A DNA stretch of 64,000 nucleotides from Anaerolineae bacterium (GTDB taxonomy: Bacteria > Chloroflexota > Anaerolineae > DRVO01): assembly GCA_013178015.1 (NCBI GenBank), contig JABLXR010000030.1, forward strand, positions 51,238 through 115,237, in the 5' to 3' direction. The translations under genes were made by a program, and so were the position numbers. A model generated the notes under the pieces. It was given only the letters and a program-made list of their open reading frames with translations, did no database searches and had not been told where the DNA came from. The stretch's first letter is position 1, and each line of letters starts with the position of its first letter. Shown piece after piece: positions 61,277-64,000 of this stretch.

Positions 61277-62560
61277 CTACTGCTTCAGCGGCCAGCGGGT
61301 GCGGTAGTAGGCGCTGCCCCAGTTCGCATCCTCTTTGAGCAGGAAGCAGCCGCCCCCGCGGAAGCGCCCTCCCGCCTCCAAGTGGGCGGCGAAGGCCCGC
61401 TGCATGGTGGTGCGGCGGGGCAGCCGAGCCAGATCCTCGGGGGACACGGTGCCGTCCCTCTCCTCGAAGCCGTAGCCGAAGACCCGGTGGATGAGCCCGC
61501 CCCCTCGGGGGATGGGGAAGAGGTACACCTCCCGCTGGAAGCGCACCAGATTGGACGAGGGGGGGAGCAAGTCGGGGAACTGGGAGTCCAGGATCCAGGA
61601 GTGGCAGGCGAAGCCCACGAAGGGCTTGTCGGGGAAGTGCCGGGGGAAGAAGTCCAGCGCTTGCCGGATCGAATCCCCGCAGCGGTCGAAGTCCATGGGC
61701 TCGCCGGCGGGAATGTGGATGTCGAGCACGGGGTGGCCGGGTGCCAGGGCCAGGGCCCACTCGGCCTCGGGCAGGGACACCGGCTCCGGCAGAGCGTACC
61801 CCCAGGGCGAGATGGGGTACCCGATGACCTCGCCCGCCCTCACTTCTAGGGTGGTGGTCCAGCGACCCTCCGGGTCGTACACGCCGGCGGAGCCGTCCCG
61901 CTGCCCGTCGGAGCGGTAGGTGAGGCCGGGCTCGGACAGGGCGACGACGGCGCCGGTCTGCTGGTGTCGGTAGGCCCGCAGGGGGCTGCGGAACTCGGAG
62001 GGCACGAACTGCAGCCGCCCCAGCCGATAGAGCTGACCCCACCAGTGAAGCAGGAGCCAGCCGAGGATGCCGGTGCCGATCCCCCAGCGCCCATGTTCCA
62101 GGCGGTAATCGCCCGTCTCCAGGTGCAGCTTGAGGTCCAGCACGGTAGCGCGGACGACCTCGGCGGGGATGCCGCGAGCGCGGTGAACTTCCTGCATGGC
62201 GGGCGTGCCCGACAGGAGCAGCAGCAGGTTGAACAGCCCGGCGTCGGCGCCCAGGGCCTGGGTGAGGAGGGGCCAGTCGCGAGGGTTGGGTCTGGTTTCG
62301 CCGGGGGCGAAGAGGCGGCAGTGGCAGTACCAGGCCAAGGCACGCAGGGCGGGCTGGGCGGCGATGCGGCCGGCGGCGGCCTGGGCCAGGTGGGTGACCT
62401 CGGGGGGCAGGTAGGCCTGCTCGCAGGCCCAGCGCACGTAGTCCGGCTCGAGGAAGGGGATCGTCTCCGGCAGGCGGGCGGTGATGCGGTCCCACCCGGG
62501 GGCGAGGGCCTCCTCCCAGTCGGCGATGCCCAGGGAGTGGAGGACGTGACGCCGGTTCAC
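61277..62560 (-). CDS. Hypothetical protein (427 aa), no confident family
   Basis: Long ORF with coding-like composition, upstream of and co-directional with DUF2283. Heavily overlapped by GC-driven antisense ORFs. Confidence 0.5.
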   Translation of the reverse strand: MNRRHVLHSLGIADWEEALAPGWDRITARLPETIPFLEPDYVRWACEQAYLPPEVTHLAQAAAGRIAAQPALRALAWYCHCRLFAPGETRPNPRDWPLLTQALGADAGLFNLLLLLSGTPAMQEVHRARGIPAEVVRATVLDLKLHLETGDYRLEHGRWGIGTGILGWLLLHWWGQLYRLGRLQFVPSEFRSPLRAYRHQQTGAVVALSEPGLTYRSDGQRDGSAGVYDPEGRWTTTLEVRAGEVIGYPISPWGYALPEPVSLPEAEWALALAPGHPVLDIHIPAGEPMDFDRCGDSIRQALDFFPRHFPDKPFVGFACHSWILDSQFPDLLPPSSNLVRFQREVYLFPIPRGGGLIHRVFGYGFEERDGTVSPEDLARLPRRTTMQRAFAAHLEAGGRFRGGGCFLLKEDANWGSAYYRTRWPLKQ

Positions 62561-62803
62561 GCCGGCGCCCCCGTGCCGCGCTGGCGGGCGTTGATGCAGG
62601 TGGCGGCGCTGCCCCGGCGGGGGAGGACGGCAGGCGATAGCGAGGCGAATTCGGTCATGGCGTGGTGTTCCCGAAGAGTGGCGTGCTGGGGGGAATGGTA
62701 CCCCGGAGGAGGGCGGCGGGCCAGTGGGGCCGGGGCAGGAGAAACCCCTCTCCTGAGAGGAGAGGGGTCAGGGGTGAGGTTGGTCCAGAAGCAGACGGAG
62801 GCG

Positions 62804-63097
62804 CTAGCGCCAGCCGCGACCGCCGCCGCGGCCTCCACCACCACCGCCGCGCTCGGGGCGGGGACGGGCCTCATTCACGGTCAGGTTGCGGTTGTTGAAC
62901 GGCTGGCCGTTCAGCCCCTGGATGGCGGCCTGGGCTTCGTTGTTGTTGGGCATCTCCACGAAAGCGAAGCCCTTGGACTGCCCCGTGTCCCGGTCCCGTA
63001 TCATCTGGACCGACTCCACTTCGCCGTAACCCTCGAACAGCTCCCGGAGATCCGACTCGGCGGCAGTGTACGGCAGGTTCCCTACGTAGATCCTCAT
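62804..63097 (-). CDS. RRM-type RNA-binding protein with Gly/Arg-rich tail
   Basis: RNP-2 IYVGNL and RNP-1 KGFAFVEM. C-terminal RGG repeats. Confidence 0.9.
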   Translation of the reverse strand: MRIYVGNLPYTAAESDLRELFEGYGEVESVQMIRDRDTGQSKGFAFVEMPNNNEAQAAIQGLNGQPFNNRNLTVNEARPRPERGGGGGGRGGGRGWR

Positions 63098-63639
63098 GTC
63101 ACCCTCTCTCAACCAGATTCGAGACCGGCGGCCTGACCTGTGCCGGCGTGTACTGACACTCGATACGGGCCGCTCTCGCTCGAACCCTTCGCAAGTGACA
63201 CTACCGACCTCGCCCTACCGTCACGCAGGGCGCCACCCGGCACCTTGTAGTGATCATAGCACGAATGGGGGCGGTTTGCTAGTGGGTAAGGCAGGTTTTA
63301 CGCTAAGTTGATGGGGGTATCCTCAAGGGGAGGTCGCCGCCTGCCGACAGACAGGTGTGGCGGGCCGGAGGGGAGCGGCGGGGGAAGGGACCTGATGAGA
63401 GAGCGACTTCAGCCGACGTGTGCCACGAACTCCCTGCCGTCGCCGGTGCTCTGGCCCGCCCGTCTGGCATTCACGGTCACCTCTCCGCAGTCGCACCGCC
63501 GTAGCTGCGGGCCCGGCAGGGGCGCGGCCTTGCCGGGCATGCATCGCCGCCGGCGAGCCTGTACCTCTCGGCGGCGCGTGGGGCAGTGGAGGCAGAAGTC
63601 TTGCCGGCCGACGGTGTCTTGAGTGATCAGGGAGGAGGC

Positions 63640-64000
63640 ATGAGGAGGGCAGCGACTGCGCCGGCAAGTGCGCGCGTGTGGCTCTTTCTGGAGTCCCGCC
63701 TCACGCTCGATCTGCTATGGACTCTGGTTGTTCCAGTGGCTCTGCTTGTGAGCCTGAACCTGAAGGTTGTCCACCCGAACGACTTCTGGTGGCACCTTCG
63801 CATGGGTGAGATCGTGTTGGAGGAAGGCCGAGTTCCCACCACCGATCGCTTCTCGTTCACTCACCATGGCGAGGCCTGGGTGGACCAGAATTGGCTCATG
63901 CAGGTGTTCATGTTTGCGGTGTACCGGCTGGGGGGCCTACCGCTCAACATCGCCGCGCACGCCCTGATGGTGACGGCGGGGTACTGCTGGCTGCTCGTTG
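63640..64000 (+). CDS. Polytopic membrane protein, 3'-truncated by window end (GT-C-like N-terminus?)
   Basis: GGGAGGAGG Shine-Dalgarno before the ATG. Two TM helices flank the HPNDFWWHLRMGE loop. The frame is open to the end of the window. Confidence 0.55.
   Translation, partial: MRRAATAPASARVWLFLESRLTLDLLWTLVVPVALLVSLNLKVVHPNDFWWHLRMGEIVLEEGRVPTTDRFSFTHHGEAWVDQNWLMQVFMFAVYRLGGLPLNIAAHALMVTAGYCWLLV

Noticed and set aside
61071-63136. 474-aa minus-strand ORF (61071-62495) and 390-aa plus-strand ORF (61964-63136)
   Set aside because: Both are Arg/Pro/Gly-rich low-complexity translations overlapping the more protein-like 61277-62560 frame and the well-supported RRM gene.
1-64000. rRNA, tRNA, tmRNA or riboswitch candidates
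   Set aside because: No stretch with tRNA-like cloverleaf potential or rRNA-like conservation was recognised by eye. Coding density is high, with short intergenic gaps. A covariance-model scan (Infernal/tRNAscan) would be needed to be sure.

Overview
This is a high-GC window (about 65-70% GC by eye) with frequent GTG starts and recognisable Shine-Dalgarno motifs. Many gene pairs overlap by 1-4 nt (ATGA, GTGA, TAATG), consistent with dense, translationally coupled operons. It is a bacterial chromosomal region; the combination of envelope genes (three tandem GT-C-like membrane proteins, a LysM/zinc-ribbon protein), an RRM protein and a PimA-like glycosyltransferase next to a CDP-alcohol phosphatidyltransferase suggests a Chloroflexota-like or actinobacterial-like organism (inference only). 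I found no rRNA, tRNA or CRISPR array. Main content, in order: (i) a Ser/Thr kinase and an FHA plus OmpR-type winged-helix regulator, divergent across a repeat-rich intergenic region. (ii) An unusual sigma-region-4-like HTH / HATPase-like / receiver fusion protein convergent with a membrane hybrid histidine kinase. (iii) A co-directional cluster of about 16.5 kb (7.5-24 kb): a sugar-type ABC importer with an embedded class-III aminotransferase, a Gfo/Idh/MocA oxidoreductase, a 921-aa LamG-like putative glycoside hydrolase, a non-pyrrolysine MttB-family methyltransferase, an E1 alpha/beta TPP-dependent dehydrogenase pair with no E2, a URO-D-family methyltransferase-like protein and a tandem-fused amidohydrolase-2. 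This is the best candidate in the window for an undescribed catabolic system. (iv) Phosphatidylinositol-type lipid genes, prs, a GT39-like glycosyltransferase and housekeeping genes. (v) A CooC-like ATPase, an ABC exporter, an FrhB-like Fe-S protein and cheD-cheB-cheR. (vi) Three tandem paralogous GT-C-like polytopic membrane proteins; the second carries an in-frame insertion containing a 26-bp palindrome that also occurs near 2.2 kb. (vii) A second MttB-family paralog, a VapBC-like toxin-antitoxin pair, DUF2283, and an RRM protein. Several non-coding repeat structures are described under features and findings. Long overlapping antisense ORFs are treated as GC-driven artefacts.
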